In this document: positions 18,609-29,156 of the stretch, in pieces
Position numbering within the stretch: position 1 is the first letter of the stretch
Layout: every line of letters starts with the position of its first letter
Virus record (IMG/VR): IMGVR_UViG_3300033069_001378
Span: 128,001-192,000 of that record
Direction: 5' to 3' (one strand)
Source: a virus
Taxonomy: Duplodnaviria; Caudoviricetes
DNA length: 64,000 bases
Translations under genes and position numbers: made by a program
Notes under the pieces: generated by a model
Databases searched by the model: none
What the model was told of the DNA's origin: nothing
Seen by the model: the letters and a program-made list of their open reading frames with translations, nothing else

Positions 18609-19325
18609 TCAGAGTGCCTTGTTTATTTGAACTTCAAATTCATAAACAGCACCAGACTGAATGCCTGTAACCTTTACGAACGTACTGATCAAGCTCTTGT
18701 TATAGGAAGTACCATAAACCTGGAACTGTCCGTCTGTGATTGACTTTGTTGACAACGTGAACGACACTCTAGAACCACCAAGAGAAGTTTCTCCTGCGTT
18801 TCTTGGAAGAATGTAAGTTGCTCTTTGTTGAGAGCTGATGCTGTCAGGGGTAGACTGTCCTGCAATCTGTAGGAACATGTTTGACATTTCGATAATGAAC
18901 GCTTGGTCTTTAAGCTCTACGTCAATAGAAGTCTCGTTCTGAATGGTTTGTGAAACAGAAAGGGTTCTTGTTCTTGTGGTCGTTGCTCCAATGGACACAA
19001 TCTTGGCTGTAGAGTCAACGCCTTCTCCAGATAGTTGAATGACAGGAAGACGTAGAAGGTTTGGGTTCGATACCGAGATACAGCGGTACTTCAGAGCGTA
19101 AGATTCATTGGTAAGAGCTTCAAAAACAGGGGTATTCTTCTCAATTTTCTCTTTGCCGATTGTTCTTCCAAACTTTCTGATAATGCTGTAGTCAACTTCG
19201 TCATCTCCAACAGCAAACTTAACAATAGAAAAGCTACCGTCGTTTCTAGCCAATAGTTCTCTACCCTTGTCAGTCAATACTGCGTCAAGAATCAAGCTGT
19301 TTGTATCATTTTGCAGAAAACCCAT
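18609..19325 (-). CDS. virion/baseplate protein with tail-collar-like N-terminal motif
   Basis: MGFL...DAVLTDKGRELLA...IVKFAVGDDEVDY. Confidence 0.7.
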   Translation of the reverse strand: MGFLQNDTNSLILDAVLTDKGRELLARNDGSFSIVKFAVGDDEVDYSIIRKFGRTIGKEKIEKNTPVFEALTNESYALKYRCISVSNPNLLRLPVIQLSGEGVDSTAKIVSIGATTTRTRTLSVSQTIQNETSIDVELKDQAFIIEMSNMFLQIAGQSTPDSISSQQRATYILPRNAGETSLGGSRVSFTLSTKSITDGQFQVYGTSYNKSLISTFVKVTGIQSGAVYEFEVQINKAL

Positions 19326-19365
19326 AATTCACCTATAATTTAACTTATTTTAAGTCTTATTCTTT

Positions 19366-21210
19366 CTATTGTCTTTTGTCGTCAACTCTAATGCCGAAGA
19401 TTTCTTGTTTCTGTAAGTCAACGTTAATCATTTGAACGCGGTAGACGTTACCATCGGAAAGTTTCTTACTTGTATTCAAAAGATGAAGACTGTTTTTCTT
19501 ACCACCATCGATTTTATACACATCTAAATACTCGGGCGTGAAATAAATATGCATTCTTTTTGCTCCGCTGGTCTTAATTGTGTCAACAAACAGATCTTCA
19601 AGAATGTTCATGTTTGGATAAGGCTTTGGAGCACCGGATTTTGAGATAATCTTTTTGTCTAGGGAGTTTGTAGCTCTGTTGAACTTAACTTGTATCTGTG
19701 TTGAGTAGTTTGAACTATACCCATGAGCGTCTACTGAACAGACTGTGTAGATGTATGAGTCTTCATACTGTTTGAACTCATCATCTCTGTAGTGGGTTGA
19801 ATCTGTCTTATTCACAAGAGAAGCGTCATCGTTTGTCAGATAGCCACGAATGTCTGACTCTTGGATTGCTGTTCGAATCATGCTGTCATCGAAGTCATAC
19901 AAAGCCAGAAGCTCAAATGGGTCATCCACGGTCTTTCTTCTGAACACCTGGAAATATTTGATATCTCTCTGGGTGTTTACAGGAAATGACCAAGTTACAG
20001 AGGGCTTTCTCTTTACGTAATCCCAGATGACATTGAAATCTGCTGGTGGAGGAGGCACAACAGCCTCATCGCATGTGATTATCTGAATTGTTGGCTTCGA
20101 TCTCATTAGGAATGTGACCGCAACAACTTGAGATGTGTCAACGTTCACAGAGCGAACGTCAAACGAAACTACTGTGTAGATTTTGTAAATGTACTTCGAA
20201 CCATACTTGACTTCAAAGTCAATTGTCTCTCCAACAAAAGGAGTCTCAACAATGATCTCTGGATGGATGATAGGTCCAGAGTTTGATTGAGGAATCTCAG
20301 TCTTTTCAATTATGTAGCCAATTACGTGAGATTGAGACTCGTAGAAATCAGAATTGACAAGTTTTAAGTCAACGTAGTTTGCAATCTCAATATCATAATC
20401 CGAACCACGAATCATAGTAGAAGAGTTGTTCTTTACTGCACTCTCTTGTTCAATCCTAGCTTGATCAAGCATCTGGTTTGAAATCTCGTCGTAGTAAATG
20501 TTGATTGGGTTCTCTCTAGACGTTTGAAGAACGGTATTGAGAAACTTCTTGTTGATTTGAACATCAGTTCTAACAGTTCTGAGGTCTGTTAGAATATTGT
20601 CGGTAAGAAGCTTGTTATTGGCTTGATTGAAATACTTTATGCTGCCGTTATGAAGGTCATGAAGAGCGTCAGCCAAGAAATCAGGAGCGACGGTAGGAGA
20701 GGTATTCCTATTTGCATACTCTGTCAAGTCCATAAGACTCATTTGTCCCATAGGAGTCTGTCTGGTGACTTTGTTCTTGTTCACAATGTCTTGAATAAGC
20801 CTTTGAACGAAGAAACCCATCTTTTGATCAATCTGAGTATCTTGAAATGAAACGTTCTTGAAGTCTTCAATTGCAAACGTCTCTTCGTCATAGATTTTGT
20901 GACGATTTGCGGCTATTGAAATGTCGCCGGCAACGTCTTTTGAAGTTCTTGGGTCTGTAACTGTTACAACGGGACTCCAAGAGAACTTGACATATCTAGG
21001 AACGAACCTATCAAACGAAGAAAGATTTCCCGCAACGTTACTTGGATCAAGTCCTTTGATTCTATCCCTTATCGAGCTTCTCAAGGTTGTAAGTCCACCA
21101 TTCAAACGTTCATCCGGGGTGAAGAAGTTATAGACAAACTTACCTTTGAAGCCAGTGACTTCAGGAACGTCTGTGATTATAGCCTTTTTAGATGGATATG
21201 ATTGACTCAT
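19366..21210 (-). CDS. putative virion protein, FN3/Ig-like repeats
   Basis: 614 aa; VTWSFP...FQVFRR...YRD...YIYTVCSVDAHGYSSNYS fibronectin-III-like pattern; within structural block. Confidence 0.6.
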   Translation of the reverse strand: MSQSYPSKKAIITDVPEVTGFKGKFVYNFFTPDERLNGGLTTLRSSIRDRIKGLDPSNVAGNLSSFDRFVPRYVKFSWSPVVTVTDPRTSKDVAGDISIAANRHKIYDEETFAIEDFKNVSFQDTQIDQKMGFFVQRLIQDIVNKNKVTRQTPMGQMSLMDLTEYANRNTSPTVAPDFLADALHDLHNGSIKYFNQANNKLLTDNILTDLRTVRTDVQINKKFLNTVLQTSRENPINIYYDEISNQMLDQARIEQESAVKNNSSTMIRGSDYDIEIANYVDLKLVNSDFYESQSHVIGYIIEKTEIPQSNSGPIIHPEIIVETPFVGETIDFEVKYGSKYIYKIYTVVSFDVRSVNVDTSQVVAVTFLMRSKPTIQIITCDEAVVPPPPADFNVIWDYVKRKPSVTWSFPVNTQRDIKYFQVFRRKTVDDPFELLALYDFDDSMIRTAIQESDIRGYLTNDDASLVNKTDSTHYRDDEFKQYEDSYIYTVCSVDAHGYSSNYSTQIQVKFNRATNSLDKKIISKSGAPKPYPNMNILEDLFVDTIKTSGAKRMHIYFTPEYLDVYKIDGGKKNSLHLLNTSKKLSDGNVYRVQMINVDLQKQEIFGIRVDDKRQ

Positions 21211-24200
21211 AGAATTATGTCACTTCCTTCAATCGTAACAAAGTAGTCTACGAATATTGCTTCTTTTGAGTCTGCTGGTTTTAGATACGATTCACCGTTT
21301 GTTGATTTAACAATCTTGTTGTTCAAAGCCAAACTCTGTAGAGACAGAACACCTGTTTGAGTCTTCTTTGACGCATCAAAGTCGATGTAGAACGGATCTA
21401 CGTTTTCTGTTGTGATAGGAATATGTAAGACTCTTTCAAACATCTTTGGAATCATGACCTTGTTGAATAAGTAGTCTGGATTGAAAACATACGAGAAGGA
21501 TATGAGGTTCAAGAAGTCCTTTGCGTCCTTTGGGACGTTTGGATCCTTGATTACGGCATCAAAGGTTCTTCCAGATAGTCCAGTGACACCCATTGTCAAT
21601 TCAAGGTATCTATAAACCATTTCTCTGAACTGTCCTTGAACTGCAACAGGAATGTTTGTGATATTGTTGATGACACTTAGAGCACTTCCAGCTTTGACTG
21701 CGTAGAAGGTACCTTCATTGATGTTCAAGCCAGTTGTGTAATTAAGATATCTCTCAAGCAAGTAGCTTTCAAGATGATTTGTGAAAATCTGCTTTCTAGC
21801 GTCGTCACTAATCAAACGATATCTTTCGTTGTTTTGAGCAATAGACCTGTAGGAGTAGCTCTTTGCTTGGTTGTTGACAAGCGTTCCGTAATCATACAAG
21901 AGGTTGAACTCTTTGCACGAATCATAGGTCACATCATCTAGATTTGCAAATGGGTTGAATTGTTGGTCATCTTGATAGAGACTCAAATCAAACTGATATG
22001 TTTTTGGCTTGAACACGATTTCATCAAAACGATAGTCGCGCTTGTAGACGTTGATGTTGACAATATCTGTATTCGTTCTACCGTGGAAATTGTTTGACTG
22101 ACCGTCTCTCTTCATTCTCTCTGTGATGGTTTTAGAAAAGCCCACAGGCACTCCTACGGAGATAATTTTGGTCCTATCTGCCGCAAGGTTCCTTGTCAAG
22201 AACTTGTCTTGGGAAAGAAACTTGAACATCAACTGAAGTTCTTTCTTTGTTGGTACGAATCCCGCAAAGATTGGTCGAAGAGCGTCATCAATGTTTGTGT
22301 TTTCTATTTGTGGAGCATTTTCAAGCTGATACTTGAACCTATCTAGGTATCTTGTGGCAATTTGAACTTGAGATCTGTCTTTGAAGAATGAGTATTCTCC
22401 TGTGAACTGAGAGAAGAAGTTGATTGTTGCTGTATTGAGAGGTTTTGTGTTTGTTCCCTGCGCTGGTGCGACTCCTGTTGGATTAAACACATTGAATGTG
22501 GCACCAACAGCATTCACAATTCCCTTCATGTTGGTCTGAATGACCGTGAACATGCTCAAGATTCCTTCAATTGCCTTCGCATCGTTGACAAGACTCTTTT
22601 CTGTCTGCTGATATGCTCCAACATTGTTGTACGAACCATAGAGTTTAACAAGTTGGTCCAGAGAGTCTGTTGAGATTTGGGTTTGAGTTTGATTACTTGT
22701 CTTTGGAACGACCAACACCTTTTGTCCTGTAACTGTTTGAGTCAAAGTAATTTCTGCGTTTGGACTCCACTTACCTGTCGTTGCGTTGAACAAGAAGTTA
22801 AATGAAGGCTTGAGATAGTTGCTTTGAGTTGCTGTTAGATCAGAGGTTGGAGTTGGATTGTTGAACGTAGAAGTTATTCTTGGATCAAGCTTTAGCAACG
22901 AGAAACTGTCAACTTCTTTGTTTGAAGCAACGTAGTTTCCATACATATCGTTGATGATTTTCTGTATTTCGTTATTGACATAGACCATGAAAGCATTGCT
23001 TCCAAAGGTTGTCTCAATAGCAAAGTCTGCCTTCACGTATTGCTGTGACACAGACAAGAAGATTTCATACAACATAAGCATTTGACCGCTTGTTGTTACA
23101 AGATTGAATCGTGTTTGAGGAACAGAGTTGGCAGTACCAGCCACTATGAAGTTAGCTGTATTGTTTTCCATTGCCAAATCATAGAAAAGGTCTGCTGTAT
23201 AGATGAATTCTGAAATGAGGTTGGTGTATGGAATGTTTGAATCAGTTGGATAAACAACAGATTTCAAAATAGAAGAAATGTCACCATTTTGAAGAATCAC
23301 ACTTGTTACATTGTCCAAGCCGATGGTTTGAACACCGGATGGTCCTAGAATCTTTCCCTTATCCGTTGAGAATGAGTACGCTGCTGAGAATCCACCTGGA
23401 ACAATGGCTGGACCAGAGATCTCAGAAGTGCCTCCCGCATTCCTATAGAGAGCATTCATGATGTACTGCTCTATCAACTGTGCAGACTTCTCAATAATCA
23501 CACTGAACGAAACGTCTCCGTCAAAGGCTACGTTGGTTGCACCGGCAATCTTTGGAAGATACGGCAGTTCAGCAGTTGTCTTTAGCTCTTGGCTAAGATG
23601 CTCAAAGACTTTCTTATCTCCTTTTTGCTTTGCAATAACGATACCGCAAAGAAGAATGTATTGAAATAGCATTGCTTTCAGAGTTGGATCCGAATATGCA
23701 TACCTGAATATAGCACAGATTGCTGCTTGATCTGGACTTACAGACTTTTCGTAAATAAGACCCTGTGTAGACATAAAGGTTCTTTGAAGAATCTTTCTAA
23801 ACATGGTTACTGGATTGAGTTGTGTAACTCCTCCGTTGTTCACGTCCAACAAACTTCTGATTATGTCATTGGCTGCTTGAAGCTTTCTGTTTGTACTGTT
23901 GGCATAAGCCGTTATTGGGTTTATGCTGAAGATAATGTCGTTCAACACTCCATTGACGTTCACTTGTTGATTAGAGAAATCAACAATGGTATCAACCAAG
24001 TAGTTAGAGCCAGGAATATAAGTCTTATCTCCAACTTTGATTGGTCCACCGTAGCCAACACCTATTGTAGAAGCAAAAACGTCTTTATCAATGTACTTGT
24101 TCTCAAATGGGAACACATCAACAGTAGCATCAGAGGTGCTCTTAAGTTTGGCAACAGATGCCAATGACTTATCGCCTCGAATGTCATCAAATATGGACTG

Positions 24201-25412
24201 TCCAGGGCTTCCACAGATATTGTCGAATGGATTTCCAATATTTCCTGCACCAAACTCTGTTTGAAGAATGCTTGCAACGTTAGAGTTGCCAAGACCCTTT
24301 GAGATTCTGTATTCCTTGCTCAAGATGGTTGTTAGAAGCTTGATACGGTCTTCTGGTTGAATTGGCATCATCTTGTAGAAGTTGTCAAAGTGAACCTGTC
24401 TGGTTGCTCCAAGAACTGTTCCATCTGTAGGAATCCACTTGTCAAGTGTGAATCTACTGTCCTTAACAGAAGAGCCGTAAGTTACGTCTATTGAGAATGG
24501 ATCTGTGAATTGTCCTCTATCCGTATCCGTGTCACTGAACAACTCAAGACTATAAGACTCAAGCATTGCTTTTAAGTCGCAGACCATTTGAAGATATAGC
24601 TTTGTGTTCGTGAACTTCTCCACGTCTGCTGGATTGAACTTCATGTATCTGTTGATGAAGGTTCTTGTGTCAATGGTCAATGAGGTTCTGTTTGGATCAA
24701 TGGCTCCTTGAAGAGAGAACTGTCCAAGATTGTATTTGATAATATAGGACTTTAGTTCGTCATAGAAATCCAAGAGATTTTTGATTTGGTCAAGTGTTGT
24801 GTGAATTTCATTGGCATATTTGACATAACCGTTTACAAGACCAAACTTTGTATCGAAATCTGCCTTCATTTGACCAAAAATGCTCGCGGCATTGTTCAAG
24901 GTCAATGACATATTGTTCACATTTACAGATAGATTGTCTTGTCTTAGCTGTGTTGCCTTGTTGACAATATCAATCATTGTTCCATGAGCAGTTAGATTCA
25001 TTCCAATCTTTCCACCTTCATTTGTGTAAATGAAAACAGGAGAAAAGTTGGCAACAGAAATCATCTCAGGACGCAAAGAAGAGATTCCGTTTGCAGAAAC
25101 TCTTTGATATCCGTTATTTGCCAAATGAGTATCTGCAATAGAGACAGCATCATCCTTGTAATACTGTTTCATACCACTATCTCTTACAGTTACAGGCTCA
25201 ATTGGTCTTACAAAGCTAAAATTTCCTGTTGGAATGATGGCTGTTGAATTGGTTGTTGTAACTGAAGCTGCTGTGGTTGATGTAGAACTTACGTTTGGAG
25301 AACTTTGGACAGTTGCAGCACTATTCTGCGAATTGACTGTAGCTGCCCCAGGTGGAGGCATGGGAGCTACTGCTATCGCTGGTGTTCCTTGTCTTGTGGA
25401 TGTTATTGCCAT
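21207..25412 (-). CDS. large putative virion protein with S/T/P-rich N-terminus
   Basis: 1401-aa ORF in structural block; no recognisable catalytic motif. Confidence 0.6.
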   Translation of the reverse strand: MAITSTRQGTPAIAVAPMPPPGAATVNSQNSAATVQSSPNVSSTSTTAASVTTTNSTAIIPTGNFSFVRPIEPVTVRDSGMKQYYKDDAVSIADTHLANNGYQRVSANGISSLRPEMISVANFSPVFIYTNEGGKIGMNLTAHGTMIDIVNKATQLRQDNLSVNVNNMSLTLNNAASIFGQMKADFDTKFGLVNGYVKYANEIHTTLDQIKNLLDFYDELKSYIIKYNLGQFSLQGAIDPNRTSLTIDTRTFINRYMKFNPADVEKFTNTKLYLQMVCDLKAMLESYSLELFSDTDTDRGQFTDPFSIDVTYGSSVKDSRFTLDKWIPTDGTVLGATRQVHFDNFYKMMPIQPEDRIKLLTTILSKEYRISKGLGNSNVASILQTEFGAGNIGNPFDNICGSPGQSIFDDIRGDKSLASVAKLKSTSDATVDVFPFENKYIDKDVFASTIGVGYGGPIKVGDKTYIPGSNYLVDTIVDFSNQQVNVNGVLNDIIFSINPITAYANSTNRKLQAANDIIRSLLDVNNGGVTQLNPVTMFRKILQRTFMSTQGLIYEKSVSPDQAAICAIFRYAYSDPTLKAMLFQYILLCGIVIAKQKGDKKVFEHLSQELKTTAELPYLPKIAGATNVAFDGDVSFSVIIEKSAQLIEQYIMNALYRNAGGTSEISGPAIVPGGFSAAYSFSTDKGKILGPSGVQTIGLDNVTSVILQNGDISSILKSVVYPTDSNIPYTNLISEFIYTADLFYDLAMENNTANFIVAGTANSVPQTRFNLVTTSGQMLMLYEIFLSVSQQYVKADFAIETTFGSNAFMVYVNNEIQKIINDMYGNYVASNKEVDSFSLLKLDPRITSTFNNPTPTSDLTATQSNYLKPSFNFLFNATTGKWSPNAEITLTQTVTGQKVLVVPKTSNQTQTQISTDSLDQLVKLYGSYNNVGAYQQTEKSLVNDAKAIEGILSMFTVIQTNMKGIVNAVGATFNVFNPTGVAPAQGTNTKPLNTATINFFSQFTGEYSFFKDRSQVQIATRYLDRFKYQLENAPQIENTNIDDALRPIFAGFVPTKKELQLMFKFLSQDKFLTRNLAADRTKIISVGVPVGFSKTITERMKRDGQSNNFHGRTNTDIVNINVYKRDYRFDEIVFKPKTYQFDLSLYQDDQQFNPFANLDDVTYDSCKEFNLLYDYGTLVNNQAKSYSYRSIAQNNERYRLISDDARKQIFTNHLESYLLERYLNYTTGLNINEGTFYAVKAGSALSVINNITNIPVAVQGQFREMVYRYLELTMGVTGLSGRTFDAVIKDPNVPKDAKDFLNLISFSYVFNPDYLFNKVMIPKMFERVLHIPITTENVDPFYIDFDASKKTQTGVLSLQSLALNNKIVKSTNGESYLKPADSKEAIFVDYFVTIEGSDIIL

Positions 25413-25421
25413 ACTTTGTTA

Positions 25422-28094
25422 TCACTTAATCACAATTCTGTTTGTAGAAAATGGTGTTCCTCTGGTTCCGTCAAAGAATATAGGTATGATATTGAAGGCA
25501 ACAGCACCCTTTGTATTGTTGGTATAATTATAGACGTAGGTTAAATTGGTTGTGTTTGGAAGGCTATGAGCAACTGCTACGATAGAACTAATCTTACCGA
25601 TTTGAATGACAATGGCATAATGGTCTATTTTCTTGGCATTTCCTTTTATTGACCATTCAACAACAAGCTTGTTGTGAGTTACAGAAGTACACTTAGCTGC
25701 CGTAATAACAGGGTTATCCTCTGGAATGGTCATAGTGATAGTGTCTATGTCGAGAATGTCACCTAGAGCAAACGTAGAGGCAGCGTGATTGCGTTTGAGT
25801 GAGTTTGCTGACACCAAGTTACCTTGATTCAAAGTCACAGGATTTAGGAACTTAGATGGCTTATAGGAATAGCTCTTTCCTGTGTTGGTGTCTGTCTTTG
25901 TAATGACCTTCGAAGGGAATAGGGTGTCTACGGTTCTTCCATAGGTCACTATCTTGTATTCGTAGGTATTTCCAGGCTGAAGAGGCTTAACTCTCGCTGG
26001 AGTACCAAATCTTACGTCAGAGAACTGATCTGATGACACGAATCCAAAATACTCAACCTCAGAAGTAGACTTGTTTGTTCTAAACACTTGTGTTCCAAAC
26101 AATTGCATAAGATTGCTCTTATCATCAAGACTCTCCTGGGAATATAGTCCAGCAAGTCCCTGCTCTTCAAGATATTGTTGAATGAGGTTTGGATCTGTCT
26201 TGTTTACTTGTTTTATGATGTTGAACTTGATGTTGTAAATGTTTCCGTTGATTGTTTCAATAACAGGACTGTCAATCGAAGTTGCCATCACATTCTTTGT
26301 CACTTCTTTGTACTCAACGATGTGATTGGTCTTGCCAAACTTGTAAGTTCCATCCTTGTAAAGCATTCCCACTCTGTATTCATAGATTCTTCCATATGTG
26401 ACGCTGTTGTCAACGAATGAAATTGAAGCCGCTGTGTTGGTCACAGGAACAAACCTGTTGTTTTCAACATATTCAATGGCTTTCTGTGGATTGCTTATGT
26501 CTTTCTTTGTCAAGTCTATCGAAATGACGCCAGATGGAAGGTCTTTTACCAAAATAACAATGCGTTGGTCCGATGTTCTATCAACCAAAGAAGAAATGTT
26601 CACAGAACGTTTCTTGCTAGAGGCACCACTGTTCTTTGAAATGAACTTCTTGCTGTTCTGAATAGCCGCACTTCCATAGACGGTAGATTCTACCAAGTCA
26701 TTGTTGACACTGGTGACTCTATAGAACGAAGGGTTGCTTCCTGCGCTAACTGGATCGTAGAATCTTATGAAGTCTTGCCCATAAGTACATGGAATGGTTC
26801 CAATCAAAGCATAATTTGCATCTCTCTCAATGGAACTTAGAGAAATGTCTTTCTTATAGATTTTGACAGAGGTTCCGTTTTGATCCATTTGCTTTATGTC
26901 AAGATAGTTCTTGCCAATGTCACACTTCGGATTTGTCAATACGCTTGGTGCCACGCTTGGAATTGTGCTTGCCCTGCTGAATAGTCCATGGCTTACGTTG
27001 CTGTTGAAAAGCTGAACTACTCTTCCTTGTACGTCAACAACTTCAAACATGAGTGTGAAATCTTGTCTGCCAATAGCAACAATTGGAATATCAACATACT
27101 CTGTAACATGTTGAACGTTATAGGTCTTGAAAACAGGAATGCTTAGAATGTCATTGTCGTTAATCAATCTGTTTGAATCAAGAGTTGCGTTGTTGACGTT
27201 CAAAAGAGCTGATCTGATGGTAGAGATACCTGGAATAGTCTTAAGGTCATTGATCGAAGGAAGATTGTTTGAGGAAACTCCTGCCAAGGCATTGTAGACA
27301 CCGATGTAGTTTCCATTTAGGACTTGGAAATCAGCAGGATCTCTGAGAAGTTCAAGAGAAAGGGTATTCATTGCTTGCTTGAACTGGTCTTGGAAGTTGT
27401 CCAAGGTATTTCTGAGGGCATTCAGGTCTTCGTTCGAACTAGCCAATGTATTTGTTGTTGTATCAATTGCAGCAACGTTATTGGTCCTCAAGTCTCCTGC
27501 CAAATAGTTCTCTAGTTCTTTTCTTTTCTCTATGTAGAAAGACTTTAGGTTATTCAGATAATCTGTTGTTCCAAGGGCATATCTGATTGAGTTAAGCGTC
27601 TCTTTTTTGAGATTGCTGCTCAAGTCAAAGGTGAATTTGAGAACGATGTTCTTTGCACGTTCTGCTTTTACGAAATCAAGTCTGTTAGATCCTTGAACAA
27701 GGATAGCAGTAGTCATCTCTTCTGGTGTTCTTGAAGTTCCATTGACAACGGTTACTTGATTGCTAAGAAGAGCATTTCCAAGACCAAAGTTTCCACCTTG
27801 CTCAGTTACATAGACGTTCAACTTATAGGCATTGACCCTTGTAGCTGTTATATAGTCAACAAGCAAATCTGTCTTGTATCTATAGATTGGAATTCTTGTT
27901 TGTTGGTCGATGTAAATCTCATCAAGAGCAATTCCAATGGTGTCTGTGTCTAGGCTCACAATCTTCTTCTGTTGTGTTGCATTAGCTACGCTGCCCTGAG
28001 TCGTGTTTGTTTGCCCAACGGTTGAGGTTGGATTAACAGAATTACTCTGAGTGCTTAAGTCGTTAGATGGAAAGCCTGAGATTAGGATTGTCAT
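25422..28094 (-). CDS. putative virion protein, tandem FN3/Ig-like domains
   Basis: 890 aa; repeated FVD..V..G..YEYRV and PGNTYEYKI beta-sandwich patterns. Confidence 0.6.
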   Translation of the reverse strand: MTILISGFPSNDLSTQSNSVNPTSTVGQTNTTQGSVANATQQKKIVSLDTDTIGIALDEIYIDQQTRIPIYRYKTDLLVDYITATRVNAYKLNVYVTEQGGNFGLGNALLSNQVTVVNGTSRTPEEMTTAILVQGSNRLDFVKAERAKNIVLKFTFDLSSNLKKETLNSIRYALGTTDYLNNLKSFYIEKRKELENYLAGDLRTNNVAAIDTTTNTLASSNEDLNALRNTLDNFQDQFKQAMNTLSLELLRDPADFQVLNGNYIGVYNALAGVSSNNLPSINDLKTIPGISTIRSALLNVNNATLDSNRLINDNDILSIPVFKTYNVQHVTEYVDIPIVAIGRQDFTLMFEVVDVQGRVVQLFNSNVSHGLFSRASTIPSVAPSVLTNPKCDIGKNYLDIKQMDQNGTSVKIYKKDISLSSIERDANYALIGTIPCTYGQDFIRFYDPVSAGSNPSFYRVTSVNNDLVESTVYGSAAIQNSKKFISKNSGASSKKRSVNISSLVDRTSDQRIVILVKDLPSGVISIDLTKKDISNPQKAIEYVENNRFVPVTNTAASISFVDNSVTYGRIYEYRVGMLYKDGTYKFGKTNHIVEYKEVTKNVMATSIDSPVIETINGNIYNIKFNIIKQVNKTDPNLIQQYLEEQGLAGLYSQESLDDKSNLMQLFGTQVFRTNKSTSEVEYFGFVSSDQFSDVRFGTPARVKPLQPGNTYEYKIVTYGRTVDTLFPSKVITKTDTNTGKSYSYKPSKFLNPVTLNQGNLVSANSLKRNHAASTFALGDILDIDTITMTIPEDNPVITAAKCTSVTHNKLVVEWSIKGNAKKIDHYAIVIQIGKISSIVAVAHSLPNTTNLTYVYNYTNNTKGAVAFNIIPIFFDGTRGTPFSTNRIVIK

Positions 28095-29128
28095 GTTGCC
28101 TTTGTAACTCCAACAGGTCCACCTTCAATGTCGAAAACTATCGTAAACAAGTTGATGTAGGTTGGAGCTTTCATGTTATCGATAAATATTTTTCCACAGA
28201 AAAACACATGCTTTGTAATTGTGTTTCCTGCATCGTCGAGGTCTTCAAATGCTCCAAAGTCAATAACATCTAACTTTCCCATGACACCTTTCTTCATTTC
28301 AAAGAATTGCATTACAAGATTGTTCTCTCTCGATGTTTCGGTAAAGTTGACCTGTTGATGATATCCAATTTTCTCAAACGCATCAAGTTCTGCTTTGATA
28401 TCTGGATCGTATTTGAGAATTGGAGCCTGATTCAATGGCTTATAGTTACCAATTGGCTTAGCTGTAGATGGGCTCTTTCCATACTGCAATTTGTTCACAG
28501 GTGGAAGGAACTTATAGTTCGGAGTGTTTGATAGTCTCTTGTCAAGGAAGAAGGACTCGGCTTGGTCAACGTTGACTTCCTGTATTTGGTTTAGAGCAAT
28601 AGGTCTGTTGGGAGTTATGTTGAACACCCTGCCACCAGGACCGATTCTAAAAAGCCTCTCGGTGTCATCCACTGGATCGGGGCTTGAGAGTATCATCTGA
28701 TTCTTAAAAGCGTTCAGGGACGAGGAAACAATACCTTCAGATAGACTTGCAAAGGTGTCATTGTCGATGACTTCAGAAACCTGACTGGAACCCGTTAGGA
28801 TGAACATCTTGCCGGAACGAATGTTCACAGGCTGTTGATTTGTTAGGTTTGTAGGAGGATTTGCGTTAATCTTACCGGAATCATCCGTCTCGTAGACGAT
28901 GATATCTTGTGGAAGGTTTGTTGCCTCAAAGCAAAGTCTGTAAGTCTCGTTGAATGGAAGTCCACCGGCAGATAGAGTACCAGATACAATCGTATCCATT
29001 GAGTAGAGAGCGCCCATATCCGTAAACGAATAATAGGTTGCCTTTAGGCTTGAGTGCGCTATCTGCCTTCTACCCTCTGTTGTTAGGATTGTATCTAGCA
29101 CAACCTCTTTTGGATTCAAAATACCCAT
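28091..29128 (-). CDS. virion/baseplate protein with tail-collar-like N-terminal motif
   Basis: MGIL...LDTILTTEGRRQIA...YYSFTD, paralogous start to 18609-19325. Confidence 0.6.
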   Translation of the reverse strand: MGILNPKEVVLDTILTTEGRRQIAHSSLKATYYSFTDMGALYSMDTIVSGTLSAGGLPFNETYRLCFEATNLPQDIIVYETDDSGKINANPPTNLTNQQPVNIRSGKMFILTGSSQVSEVIDNDTFASLSEGIVSSSLNAFKNQMILSSPDPVDDTERLFRIGPGGRVFNITPNRPIALNQIQEVNVDQAESFFLDKRLSNTPNYKFLPPVNKLQYGKSPSTAKPIGNYKPLNQAPILKYDPDIKAELDAFEKIGYHQQVNFTETSRENNLVMQFFEMKKGVMGKLDVIDFGAFEDLDDAGNTITKHVFFCGKIFIDNMKAPTYINLFTIVFDIEGGPVGVTKAT

Positions 29129-29156
29129 AATACGAACCTATTATCATTTTGTTTAC

